From Bryobacteraceae bacterium (GTDB taxonomy: Bacteria > Acidobacteriota > Terriglobia > Bryobacterales > Bryobacteraceae), in the NCBI GenBank assembly GCA_035569875.1, contig DATMMD010000175.1:7654-71653 (forward strand): a stretch of DNA of 64,000 bases. Direction: 5' to 3'. Made by a program: the position numbers and the translations under genes. Below, in pieces: positions 46,975 to 56,600 of this stretch. A model generated the notes under the pieces. It worked only from the letters and a program-made list of their open reading frames with translations. It searched no databases and was not told the origin of the DNA. Each line of letters opens with the position of its first letter. Positions within the stretch are counted from its first letter, which is position 1.

Positions 46975-48966
46975 TTAGAAATCCAGTTTCTCGATCAACG
47001 CGTTGAGACTCGATTCTTGCGTCGTCCGCTGTTTTTTCAGGTCGCTTTGATGGTCGCGCGTGCTGGCCAACTGGCTCTCTTGCGTCGCTAATTGGCGCGC
47101 GTACTTCTGCACCTGATCCTGCTGGCCGCTCACCTGATTCAGGCTCATCATGTTCTGGCGAATACGATTCTGATCCTGGGTCAGACTGTTGATGTCGCCA
47201 TCCAACTGCCGGATCTGGTTGTCGAGGTCGGCGATCTGTCGTTTTAAATCTACGATCTGCTGAAGCTGCCGGCGGCCTGTATCGGAAATTGCTTTGTTTT
47301 GGACGTACGCGACCAACACGTCAGGCGTCAGGTTGGACACGGCTGTAGTGCTGTCGTAGACGCGTTCTTCGGTAACTGGAAATTTCTCGGTGGAATCGGA
47401 TCCAAGCTTCACCTCGAAGCGATAGGCGTTGGCCGTCGTCTCCGACGGCTTCTGATTGAGCAGCTTGTATTCAGGCCGCTCGACATGTTCGATAATGAGG
47501 ATCTTCGGCTTCTGATCCACGTTGCGCATGGTGTAAGTCTTGGTCTCCTGCATGGCCGAGCGCGCGGTCAACATTCCACGATTTACATGAATCTCGCGAA
47601 CCACATTCCGGCTGGTGTCGAATTGAGTGGTCACGCGCGTGCCCAGGTCCACGGCGTAACTGATCAGCCTTTTGTCGCCGGTCTTCAGAGTAGTCATCAG
47701 GGCTTCCCCGGCATAGCTATTAGCATCGAATACGGTGATGGGGCCGCCGTCCAGCGTTTTGCCGGTGGAATTGGTAAGCTCGGCGGCGTTCATCGGATGC
47801 TCGCCGTAATTTTCCGAATAAATCAGCAGCTTGCGCGATCCGATTTTCTGCTGCAGGAAGGGCAGCATTGCGGATTCGTCCTTCTTCACCGTGATCGGCG
47901 TGGAGAAGCGGTACTCGAAAAGCTCGCCCAGATCCGCCGAGGCGACATTCACAGACACGTCACTTTTGAGTTCTGTCCTCTCAGTGAGACCTGTAGAGGA
48001 CTGTGCCATGAACCTCGGCGTGGCCGCCTTCGGTGCTTCCCTGGCTGGCGGAGGAGGGGCTCCGGCAATGTTTGCGCCGACACTGCCGAGCGCGCCCTGG
48101 TACACCACCGGCTCAGCCGCCCGGTCTTCCGGCAGCTCCACCGTCTGCCTCGGCACGAACTTGGGCTCGTATAACTTGCTGATGAAGGACACCGGCCGGC
48201 CCGAGACTACTGACAAGAGCACGTTAGTCCAGTCTTCGCCAGAGGTGTTGTCGATGATGGCCCAGCCCTCGAGCGTCGGCTCGGTCTTGTCGTTGAAAAC
48301 CAGACGGTAGCTGGACTTCCAGACCGGCGTCGGGATCATGTAACTGGCCTGGATCTGCCGCTCTTTGGCGTCGGAAGAATCGATATAGATGCTGCGCTTG
48401 TCCAGCGATCGCGATTGATTGACGATGGTCAGGTAGTCCTTCAACTGCGCTTGGAGCTTTGGGTCGGCGAAGCGAATGGAACCGGCCGCGGCTAGATCGA
48501 GCGTTCGGAGGTCGCCGGAATCGATTAGCAGCACGGCTTGCTCTCGCTCGGAATGCTTGTCGTCAGCCGCAACCAAACGCCCGCCAACGATGACGCCGGT
48601 CACCGTCTCCGCGCCGTATTTTACTTCTACTCGGGCGCCTTTCATCTGATCCAAAAACAAGCTCAGCGCCGTGTGGTCGCCTATTTTGAATGGGAACTCC
48701 GCAAGTTTTTGGCCCAGCGGCTCGCTAGAATCGTAACGGAGGCCTGCGATTTTTCCGCCATTGCGATCTTCGAGGGTGAGCGACTTTAGGACGTCGTTCA
48801 TGTCCGAAGCCTTGAAATTCAGGCTCGCGGAATCGCCAGCGCGGAGCATGCCGCCGCGCTCGAAATAGCCGACTCCACTCTTATAAAGAATCACTTCGCG
48901 GATAGGAATATCGGCGGCCAGCGCGGTCACCATACAAACAGCTGTCAGCGGGAAGAGTCGTTTCAT
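46975..48966 (-). CDS. Secreted DUF4139-like protein with a C-terminal coiled coil
   Basis: Signal peptide. N-terminal ...EVILYKSGVGYFERGG... is typical of DUF4139/DUF4140-type proteins. The Q-rich coiled-coil tail is read by eye. Confidence 0.5.
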   Translation of the reverse strand: MKRLFPLTAVCMVTALAADIPIREVILYKSGVGYFERGGMLRAGDSASLNFKASDMNDVLKSLTLEDRNGGKIAGLRYDSSEPLGQKLAEFPFKIGDHTALSLFLDQMKGARVEVKYGAETVTGVIVGGRLVAADDKHSEREQAVLLIDSGDLRTLDLAAAGSIRFADPKLQAQLKDYLTIVNQSRSLDKRSIYIDSSDAKERQIQASYMIPTPVWKSSYRLVFNDKTEPTLEGWAIIDNTSGEDWTNVLLSVVSGRPVSFISKLYEPKFVPRQTVELPEDRAAEPVVYQGALGSVGANIAGAPPPPAREAPKAATPRFMAQSSTGLTERTELKSDVSVNVASADLGELFEYRFSTPITVKKDESAMLPFLQQKIGSRKLLIYSENYGEHPMNAAELTNSTGKTLDGGPITVFDANSYAGEALMTTLKTGDKRLISYAVDLGTRVTTQFDTSRNVVREIHVNRGMLTARSAMQETKTYTMRNVDQKPKILIIEHVERPEYKLLNQKPSETTANAYRFEVKLGSDSTEKFPVTEERVYDSTTAVSNLTPDVLVAYVQNKAISDTGRRQLQQIVDLKRQIADLDNQIRQLDGDINSLTQDQNRIRQNMMSLNQVSGQQDQVQKYARQLATQESQLASTRDHQSDLKKQRTTQESSLNALIEKLDF

Positions 48967-49038
48967 TGGTTCCTCACCTGGGCAATGCCGTGTAAGCCAT
49001 TGTTCCTTTCAGGATTTGCGACAGCCCCGCGCTGCGCT

Positions 49039-49452
49039 TCACTCGCCCATTACCTTAATAATGACGCGTTTGGCGCGCTGGCCGTCGAATTCCGCATAAT
49101 AAACCTGCTGCCAGGGCCCAAAATCCAGCTTTCCGGCAGTTACCGGGACGATCACTTGATGGTGGACCAGCAGGCTTTTAAGGTGGGAGTCGCCATTGGT
49201 CTCTCCGGTGCGGTGATGGCGGTAGTCGTCGCGGTACGGCGCCAGCCTTTCGAGCCATTCGTCGATGTCGCCCAGCAGGCCATCCTCGGCATCGTTCACC
49301 CATACGCCCGCCGTTATGTGCATCGCGGAGACTAGGATCATGCCTTCCTGAATGCCGCTTTTCTTGAGGGCCGCGTTCACTTCTGCAGTAATGTTTATGT
49401 ACTGCCGATGATGTTTAGTGTTGAAGATCAGGTGTTCGGTATGAAAGCGCAT
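49039..49452 (-). CDS. YjbQ/UPF0047 family protein (secondary thiamine-phosphate synthase-like)
   Basis: ...[38 protein letters not shown]...GDSHLKSLL...[13 protein letters not shown] matches the YjbQ family. Confidence 0.85.
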   Translation of the reverse strand: MRFHTEHLIFNTKHHRQYINITAEVNAALKKSGIQEGMILVSAMHITAGVWVNDAEDGLLGDIDEWLERLAPYRDDYRHHRTGETNGDSHLKSLLVHHQVIVPVTAGKLDFGPWQQVYYAEFDGQRAKRVIIKVMGE

Positions 49453-49523
49453 ACCTGCCGATCATAGCGGAGCCGACTTGTAGCAGAATGGTACTTGTTG
49501 TATCGCCTACAGGAGTATCGGAG

Positions 49524-50915
49524 TTGAGATCAAAAATCATCGGAATGGGGCTGTGGATAGCTGCCTTCGCATGGGCACAAAATCCACCGCAAGCACAGGA
49601 TCAGAAGAGTCCGGACCAGAAGGACCAACAGGCTCAGACCCAAGCGGAGCAGGACCAGACTTACGCGGGACCTTCGATTCTCAGCCGGGACAAGAGTCTG
49701 ATTGGAGAGCGGGGGGGCAAGCTGATTGACTTCCGCTTTTACGGGGACATAACTGGCGTGTATGACTCCGGCCTTACGCCCTTGGTTGTCGATCCGCAAG
49801 GGAATGTACCCAGTTTCGGAGCTTACGGCGTCGAGGCCGGATTTGGCGTGGTTGGCTCAAAAAGCTGGGTGCACGACAAACTCAGCGTCGACTATCGCGG
49901 AACCTATCGGTACTATACGAACCACACCTTCTTTAACGGCACGGACCAGTTCCTGAATCTGGCATACAGTCATTTGCTATCGCGGCACGTCACTTTAGAT
50001 CTCAAGGAAACGGCCGGCTCTACCTCGCTGGCGAACGGCGCGTTCAACTACACGCCGCTTACGAACACCGATCTTTTCGCCGTGCCGGTCAACGAGTTGT
50101 TTGACATCCGCACGAATTTCTTGCAGTCTCGCGTTGACCTGGTCTGGCAGAAAACGGCCCGTTTGTCATTTGGTTTCGGCGGCGAAGGTTTTGTCGTTCG
50201 ACGGAGTTCGGTGGCACTGGCCGGCTTGAATGGATATAATGCGCGCGCGAACGCAGCTTACCGCGTAACCCGGCGGCAGACCATATCGGGGAGCTACGAA
50301 TATACTTATTTCGATTTCCAACGGCAATTCGGAAACGCGAAGTTGCAGAGCGGAACGCTCGGTTACGCCTTCGGGGTGAGCCGCAAATGGGATTTCAGCA
50401 TGCAGGCTGGCGGCATCCGGGTGGAGAGCTACGGACTGAACCAGGTGGCCATTGACCCCGCAATTGCCGTTATCGTCGGACAGTCGGTCGCTATCGTCAC
50501 ATACTTCCGCGTGCTGTATGTTCCGATGATCGAAGGGCGGCTGATTCGGCGGTTTGATCGCTCTTCGTTCAGTGCCGATTACTCGATGGGCGTCACACCC
50601 GGCGACGGAGTCTACTTGACATCCCGACAGAATGTCGGGAGCGTATCTTACTCTTACACAGGCTATCGCCGCCTGGCCGCTAACGTGAGCGCCAGTTACG
50701 GAACTATGACCGCCGTAGGTCAAACACTCGGACAGCTCACTAATTTTCAGGCCGGCGCGGGCGGCACCTACAAGTTGGGACACGCCCTGCACTTGGAAAT
50801 GCGGTATGACTATCGTCACTACACTACGCAAAACTCTTTTTATCTGAAGAACTCCAGCCGGGTTACGCTCGGGCTGGCGTTTAGTCCGGGCGCAACGCCG
50901 CTCGCCATTTTTTAA
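49524..50915 (+). CDS. Outer-membrane beta-barrel protein (hypothetical)
   Basis: The TTG start at 49524 is preceded by AGGAG (49511-49515). Signal peptide RSKIIGMGLWIAAFAWA. Alternating beta-strand pattern with a C-terminal Phe (...PLAIF). Confidence 0.55.
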   Translation: MRSKIIGMGLWIAAFAWAQNPPQAQDQKSPDQKDQQAQTQAEQDQTYAGPSILSRDKSLIGERGGKLIDFRFYGDITGVYDSGLTPLVVDPQGNVPSFGAYGVEAGFGVVGSKSWVHDKLSVDYRGTYRYYTNHTFFNGTDQFLNLAYSHLLSRHVTLDLKETAGSTSLANGAFNYTPLTNTDLFAVPVNELFDIRTNFLQSRVDLVWQKTARLSFGFGGEGFVVRRSSVALAGLNGYNARANAAYRVTRRQTISGSYEYTYFDFQRQFGNAKLQSGTLGYAFGVSRKWDFSMQAGGIRVESYGLNQVAIDPAIAVIVGQSVAIVTYFRVLYVPMIEGRLIRRFDRSSFSADYSMGVTPGDGVYLTSRQNVGSVSYSYTGYRRLAANVSASYGTMTAVGQTLGQLTNFQAGAGGTYKLGHALHLEMRYDYRHYTTQNSFYLKNSSRVTLGLAFSPGATPLAIF

Positions 50916-50917
50916 GC

Positions 50918-51307
50918 GTGCCCGGCGCTAGGATTTTACTCGTTGAAGACGAACCCGCTCTAATCCAACTGCTCGAGAAATACTTGAGACGGTTGGGTTA
51001 CGAAGTGGAGGCATATTCTGTGTCCAAGGACGCTCTGAATAGCTTTGAGCGCGCGCCTCAGAGCTACGACCTGGTGATCGCGGATCTTGGAATGCCCGAT
51101 ATTCCTGGTGACACGCTGCTGACACGCATGCTCGAAATCCGGCCGGAGCTGCGCATTCTCATCTGCAGCGGATCGCCGTTCTTTCTGGCCAGCCTGCCGA
51201 AAGCTCTGGAGAAACAGGTGGCGTTTCTGCAGAAGCCGTTCGTCCCAAAGATGCTGGCGGAAGCGGTGGCTCAGTTATTGAGCGATGACAAGCCGGCAGG
51301 TCAATAA
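50918..51307 (+). CDS. Single-domain response regulator (CheY-like receiver)
   Basis: ILLVEDEP...DLVIADLGMPDIPG...KPF receiver motifs. Confidence 0.8.
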   Translation: MPGARILLVEDEPALIQLLEKYLRRLGYEVEAYSVSKDALNSFERAPQSYDLVIADLGMPDIPGDTLLTRMLEIRPELRILICSGSPFFLASLPKALEKQVAFLQKPFVPKMLAEAVAQLLSDDKPAGQ

Positions 51308-51319
51308 TGGCTTGGGCCC

Positions 51320-51919
51320 TCATGGGTTGGCCGCGGACAGAGCCTGGTGCAGCTTATCCGAGAAATTGTCTCCAGATTCAGACCACAGCCGCCGTGTCTC
51401 GACCGGCAGCGCATCATCCAAATCGTGAACCAGCTTGAGCAAGCTCTGAATATTGGACTGGATCATGCGCAGGCTGTTGGGAAGCTCCGGCTGCGGCAGA
51501 AAATGCGCGTCTATTCCAAATTCGACGGCCAGATGTTCGCCGTCTTCCCGTTCAAACTCCGGAGCGAAACAACACAGCGCCACGCGCGAGGGCGCCAGTT
51601 CCCATTGCTTGTCGAACTGCCAGAGATCCCACCAGGTTTCGAGGCGGTAGCAGGAGTCGGAGTTCTGAAAATCCTTGGCGGCCGCCAAGACATCTTCGAT
51701 GGCAACAGGTGAAGGAAAGGGGATCTCCAGCACCGGAGGCTCGGTGTAATTCACCGCTAGGACTTTGAAAGTAGAAGGATGCCGCGCCAGGCGGGAAAAT
51801 GGAAAAAGCTTCAAAAGCTTTTCGTAGTGGCGCAGCATGGTCAGCCCGGTGTGATTCCGGAGCAAGTATGAAAGATAAAGTTGATCGGCCATTTCAATAT
51901 GCGAGGCTTCTGTTACCAT
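51320..51919 (-). CDS. Hypothetical protein (199 aa)
   Basis: Clean ORF with ordinary composition. No motif recognised. Confidence 0.5.
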   Translation of the reverse strand: MVTEASHIEMADQLYLSYLLRNHTGLTMLRHYEKLLKLFPFSRLARHPSTFKVLAVNYTEPPVLEIPFPSPVAIEDVLAAAKDFQNSDSCYRLETWWDLWQFDKQWELAPSRVALCCFAPEFEREDGEHLAVEFGIDAHFLPQPELPNSLRMIQSNIQSLLKLVHDLDDALPVETRRLWSESGDNFSDKLHQALSAANP

Positions 51920-51933
51920 CGTACTGACTTCGC

Positions 51934-53091
51934 TTGCTTAAATCTCCGCTGGTTCCCATCTTCCTGATTGTATCCGTCGATGTTCTGGGTCTCACCATCA
52001 TTCTGCCCCTATTGCCGTTTTACGCCGAGAAATTCGGCGCGTCCCCAGCCGTGGCCGGCCTGCTGATCTCGACCTACGCGTTCTGCCAGTTGATCGCAGG
52101 GCCAATCCTGGGCAGAATGTCGGATCGCATGGGCCGCCGGCCCCTATTGCTAGTGAGCCAGTTGGGAACATTCATCGGATTCCTGATCCTGGCTTATGCA
52201 AACGCGCTGTGGATTATTTTCCTCTCGCGCGTGATCGACGGACTGACGGCCGGCAATCTGTCGCTGGCGCAAGCGTATATCTCCGACGTAACCAAGCCGG
52301 AGGAGCGCGCAAAATCGTTCGCACTGATCGGGATCGCGTTCGGAATGGGGTTCCTAATTGGCCCCGGCATCTCCGGTTATCTATCGCAATACAGCTACCA
52401 GTACCCGATCTTCGCGGCAGCGGCACTTTCAGCCACCAGCATCCTCGCGACCTACTTCCTATTGCCTTCTTCGACGCCACAAGCCGCGGATGCTTCGACC
52501 GCGCGTAAGTTCACCGTGCTGGACTGGGGCAATTACGTCCGATACTTTCGCCAACCGGACCTCGCGCCGCGGCTGTGGCAGTTTCTGGCTTTCACCCTGG
52601 CATTTTCGATGTTCATGTCGGGCTTTCCTTTGTTTGCCGAGAGACGTTTTGAGTGGCGTGGACATCCGTTCGGACCGAAAGAAGTCGGCTACGTTTACGC
52701 GTACCTGGGCGTTCTGGGCGTCATCCTGCAAGGCGGCCTGATTGGCCGGCTAGTCAAAACATTCGGGGAGCTTAGACTGGTGCGCGCCGGTTTCTTTTGC
52801 GGCTTAGTGGGTCTGACGGCGCTCGGCTTTACTCATGCTATTCCGCTGCTGCTGGTGGCGACGGCTGTGTCATCCTCCGGCACAGGAGTGGTTCGTCCAG
52901 TGCTGACCAGCCTGATCACGCAAAAGGCCGGCCGCTCCGAACAAGGAGTGGTACTCGGGTTAACGCAGTCGCTAAACTCGATTGCGGCGATCATTGCCCC
53001 GGCGGCCGGCGGTTTCCTGATCGATCATTCTCTGTTAGCAGGCTGGGCGCTGTTAGCCGCCGGAATCTGCGGTGTCGCGCTGCTTCTTTAG
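51934..53091 (+). CDS. MFS transporter (TetA/drug-efflux-like)
   Basis: GRMSDRMGRRPLLL motif and 12 TM segments. TTG start. Confidence 0.75.
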   Translation: MLKSPLVPIFLIVSVDVLGLTIILPLLPFYAEKFGASPAVAGLLISTYAFCQLIAGPILGRMSDRMGRRPLLLVSQLGTFIGFLILAYANALWIIFLSRVIDGLTAGNLSLAQAYISDVTKPEERAKSFALIGIAFGMGFLIGPGISGYLSQYSYQYPIFAAAALSATSILATYFLLPSSTPQAADASTARKFTVLDWGNYVRYFRQPDLAPRLWQFLAFTLAFSMFMSGFPLFAERRFEWRGHPFGPKEVGYVYAYLGVLGVILQGGLIGRLVKTFGELRLVRAGFFCGLVGLTALGFTHAIPLLLVATAVSSSGTGVVRPVLTSLITQKAGRSEQGVVLGLTQSLNSIAAIIAPAAGGFLIDHSLLAGWALLAAGICGVALLL

Positions 53092-53123
53092 GATGCTTGC
53101 TAACGCGCGCGCCTCGGCTCAGT

Positions 53124-54296
53124 TTACACTTTGTCCGGCAGGGCAGCGACGCCCGGCAGCTCGATCCCCGCCAGAAATTCCAGCGACGCTCCACCGCCGG
53201 TGGAAATGTGCGAAATCTTGTCCGCTACTCCGGCCGACTTGACGGCCTTCTCGGAATCGCCGCCGCCGACTACAGAGACAGCGCCCGACGCCGCCACGGC
53301 TTGGGCGAGCGCGACCGTACCGCGGTCGAACGGCGGTTTTTCGAACACGCCCATCGGGCCGTTCCAGATAATCGTTTTGGCTCTGGAGATGGCTGCCGCA
53401 TAAGCCTCAATGGTCGCCGGCCCGATGTCGACGCCGATCATGCCGACGGGAATTTCAGTTGCGACCCGGTGCTCAGCGCCCGCCTTTAGCTCGGTCGCGA
53501 CGACATGATCTTTCGGCAGTAACAGCTTCGCTCCGGCTCGAGCAAGCAGATCTCGCGCTAAGCTCACCTTATCTTCTTCGACCAACGATTTGCCGACCGG
53601 CTGTGTTTGCGCCTTCATAAAGGTGTAGGCCATCGCGCCCCCAATCAGAATCTGATCGACGAATTTCATCAGGTTCTCGATCACTTCGATTTTGTCGGAG
53701 ACTTTTGCGCCACCCAGGATTGCGATACAGGGCCGCGCTGGATTCTTGGTCGCCTTATTCAGATACTCCAACTCTTTGTCCATTAGCAAACCCGAGGCCG
53801 CCTGCTTAACGTACTGGATCATGCCGACGGTGGAGGCATGCGCGCGATGGGCTGAGCCGAATGCGTCGTTCACGTAAACATCGCACAAGGCGGCCAGTTG
53901 TTTGGAGAATCCCGGATCGTTCTGCTCTTCCTCGGCATGGAATCGCAGGTTCTCGAGCAACAAGACTTCGCCCGGTTTAGGGCGCATCTTTTCGACTTCT
54001 GGGCCCACGCAATCGGGCGCCATCCGCACGGGCTGGCCCAGCAATTCCGACAATCGCGCGGCGGCGGGCTTGAGGCTCATTTCGGGATTGGGCTGGCCCT
54101 TCGGGCGGCCCAGATGGCTCGCCAGAATCACGCCAGCGCCGTGCTCCAGCGCATAGCGGATGGTTGGCAGCGAGGCGCGAATGCGTTTGTCGCTGGTAAT
54201 CTCCCGTCCGCCGGGGGCCAGAGGAACATTGAAATCGACCCGAATAAAAACAGTCTTGTTCTTCAGATCCAGATCGCGAATGGAGACTTTGGGCAT
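53124..54296 (-). CDS. pgk: Phosphoglycerate kinase
   Basis: [12 protein letters not shown]-terminal motif and ...[12 protein letters not shown]... C-terminal motif. Length 390 aa. Confidence 0.95.
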   Translation of the reverse strand: MPKVSIRDLDLKNKTVFIRVDFNVPLAPGGREITSDKRIRASLPTIRYALEHGAGVILASHLGRPKGQPNPEMSLKPAAARLSELLGQPVRMAPDCVGPEVEKMRPKPGEVLLLENLRFHAEEEQNDPGFSKQLAALCDVYVNDAFGSAHRAHASTVGMIQYVKQAASGLLMDKELEYLNKATKNPARPCIAILGGAKVSDKIEVIENLMKFVDQILIGGAMAYTFMKAQTQPVGKSLVEEDKVSLARDLLARAGAKLLLPKDHVVATELKAGAEHRVATEIPVGMIGVDIGPATIEAYAAAISRAKTIIWNGPMGVFEKPPFDRGTVALAQAVAASGAVSVVGGGDSEKAVKSAGVADKISHISTGGGASLEFLAGIELPGVAALPDKV

Positions 54297-54297
54297 T

Positions 54298-55626
54298 TTA
54301 GAAATCCGATGCTAGCACGTCATAGAAGACGTGAATGCCCTTCAAAAATTCGGCCACGGAGATACGTTCCTGATCGCTGTGCATGGTGGCTGCCGTGGCA
54401 GCGTCGAGAATCATGGGAGTCAAACCGTAAGCGATAACACCTCGCGCTTGCAGATAGGCAGAATCAGTTCCGAAGGGAACCAGCATAGGGGTGACGATTG
54501 CGCCGGGATTGCGTTTCAAAATCGCAGAGCGAATGGCGTCGAACAGCGGCGTGCCGCTGCGGCTCATGCCGACGTCGGGAGCGACGGTAATGATCTCCAC
54601 CGTCACACGTGGATCGTTAATGCGGGCTTTCATGTCAGAGATGAACTCGTCCGCGTTGGTACCCGGCAGCAGCCGGCAATCGAGTGTCGCCTCACTGGTG
54701 GACGGTATTACGTTGGGCCTGGGCGGCGATCCGACGCCAGCCGTTAGCGACGTAAGCGAAACAGTGTTGCGCTGGATGGCAGAATTGAATTTGTTTTCGA
54801 CCAGAGGCCCGATGGCCCGGCGCATTTCATCGACCACGGCGTTCTGTTTGCCGCCTGCGGGCAACACCATTGCTTTCCGGATGGCCTCCAACAAAATCAG
54901 ATTGGCATTGTCGGGGATGGGTTGCGAGCCATGGCCCGCGGTACCTTTGGCCCGCAGACGGAGCCACGCTATGACTTTGTCCCCCACTGAAACGCCGAAC
55001 ACCAGTTTGTTCGCCGCGAGAGCATCACGAGATCCCATGCCGCCTTCGTCGAGCACATACTCGGCGTCGATTTCGTCGTAGTGATTTTCGATCATCCAGC
55101 GGATTCCGCGCTCGCCGCCGCTTTCCTCGTCGGCGGTGCAGATCATGATGATGTCGCGCGCCGGCGTGACTCCGGCGTTATGCAGAGCGACGAGCGCCGT
55201 CAATTGCTGGACGCCGATGCCTTTCATGTCTAGCGTCCCGCGGCCCCAGATGAAGCCATCGCGAATGATTCCGCCAAAAGGATCTACGTTCCAGGCCTTC
55301 TCGTCGACTGGCACGACATCCATGTGATTCAGGAGCAGCAGGGGTTTCTTGGACGAATCGCGACCCTTCAGACGTACGACGAGATTGGTCTGGCCGCCAG
55401 GCCCGCTGTGGAAAAGTTTCGGCGCCAAGCCGTTGCGTTCCAGCTCAGCCTTGACGAACTGAGCGGCAGCGGCCGTATCGGCGGGCGGATTGATGGACCG
55501 AATGCGCACGTACTGCTGGAAGTACTCAAGCGCGTGTTTTTCTATGCGCGGCCAATCCGGTTCGGCGGCATACAAGGCGAATGCCATCACACTGCCCGTA
55601 ACCCACAATCTACAGCCTGATCTCAT
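54298..55626 (-). CDS. M20 family metallopeptidase with a signal peptide
   Basis: [11 protein letters not shown]..., ...GRGTLDMKG... and ...ADEESGG... motifs. The ATG at 55626 overlaps the upstream stop (ATGA). Confidence 0.8.
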   Translation of the reverse strand: MRSGCRLWVTGSVMAFALYAAEPDWPRIEKHALEYFQQYVRIRSINPPADTAAAAQFVKAELERNGLAPKLFHSGPGGQTNLVVRLKGRDSSKKPLLLLNHMDVVPVDEKAWNVDPFGGIIRDGFIWGRGTLDMKGIGVQQLTALVALHNAGVTPARDIIMICTADEESGGERGIRWMIENHYDEIDAEYVLDEGGMGSRDALAANKLVFGVSVGDKVIAWLRLRAKGTAGHGSQPIPDNANLILLEAIRKAMVLPAGGKQNAVVDEMRRAIGPLVENKFNSAIQRNTVSLTSLTAGVGSPPRPNVIPSTSEATLDCRLLPGTNADEFISDMKARINDPRVTVEIITVAPDVGMSRSGTPLFDAIRSAILKRNPGAIVTPMLVPFGTDSAYLQARGVIAYGLTPMILDAATAATMHSDQERISVAEFLKGIHVFYDVLASDF

Positions 55627-56600
55627 GATTTTTCCTCTTGAACATTGGATAGCGTACAACGGATACCGGCAGTCTGATAGGCTTCGAGAAGAGCACCGGC
55701 AGCGGGGCCAAACACGGGCGGCGAGACTTGATTGCCGTCTTCCATTTCGGTCAACATCTGAAATCTCTCGAGCAGAATGCGGCTACGGAATACACCGCCG
55801 GCATAGCTCACGCGCGCGTCCTCTCCCGGCTGGAACAGTTGGACACGCACGGCGGCAACGAGGATCGCCAATTGCTGAGCGCCTTCGTTGAGAATATTCC
55901 GTGCAGTGGCGTCGCCGTTTTCCGCGGCTTCATCTATTAGCTTTGCAAGCGCAGCGATGCGCGGCCTGGGGAACTCCGGCGTGTAGAACTGGTGCAGCAA
56001 CTGGTTGATACCGATAGCACCGGTCGCCTGCAGCAGCACGGACCGCAATGAAGTGGCAGGTCCCCAGCCTTCTTCTGAGCGGAGCGCGGCGCGCAAGGCT
56101 TGGCGCGTGATATAAAACGCGCTGCCTTCGTCGCCAAACATGTATCCCCAACCTCCGGCTCGCGCTATTTTTCCGCTTGAATTGCGGCCGAAGGCCATGG
56201 ATCCGGTTCCCGCGATCGCGATCAGCCCGGATTGGCCCGCGGTGGCGCCTGACAGCGCGATCAGGGCATCGTGGGTCACGGTCATTCGATCGCTTCGGAT
56301 CATGTGGGCCAGGAGTGTTTCCTTGTCGGCCGGGCCGCCGCTGAATCCGAGGCATGCTGAAGTAAACCTGACGCTCGATGAATCGAGGCCAGCGTCAGTA
56401 CTAGCCGTCCGCAAGCAGGCCTGTATTACACTCATAAATTTCGCTTGGCCCTCGGCCGAAGAGACATGATTGCAAGGTCCGGCCCGGCCTACGCCGAGGA
56501 CTCGGCCAAGCTCGTTTCCGATGACAGCCGTGGTGCTGGATTGTCCACCGTCTAAGCCAAGAAAATATGCGCGAGAATATCGGTCCATGCGGCTACTCAA
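55623..56600 (-). CDS. BadF/BadG/BcrA/BcrD-type ATPase (N-acetylglucosamine-kinase-like)
   Basis: YFLGLDGGQSST phosphate-1 motif and ...IAGTGSMAFG... motif. Confidence 0.75.
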   Translation of the reverse strand: MSSRMDRYSRAYFLGLDGGQSSTTAVIGNELGRVLGVGRAGPCNHVSSAEGQAKFMSVIQACLRTASTDAGLDSSSVRFTSACLGFSGGPADKETLLAHMIRSDRMTVTHDALIALSGATAGQSGLIAIAGTGSMAFGRNSSGKIARAGGWGYMFGDEGSAFYITRQALRAALRSEEGWGPATSLRSVLLQATGAIGINQLLHQFYTPEFPRPRIAALAKLIDEAAENGDATARNILNEGAQQLAILVAAVRVQLFQPGEDARVSYAGGVFRSRILLERFQMLTEMEDGNQVSPPVFGPAAGALLEAYQTAGIRCTLSNVQEEKS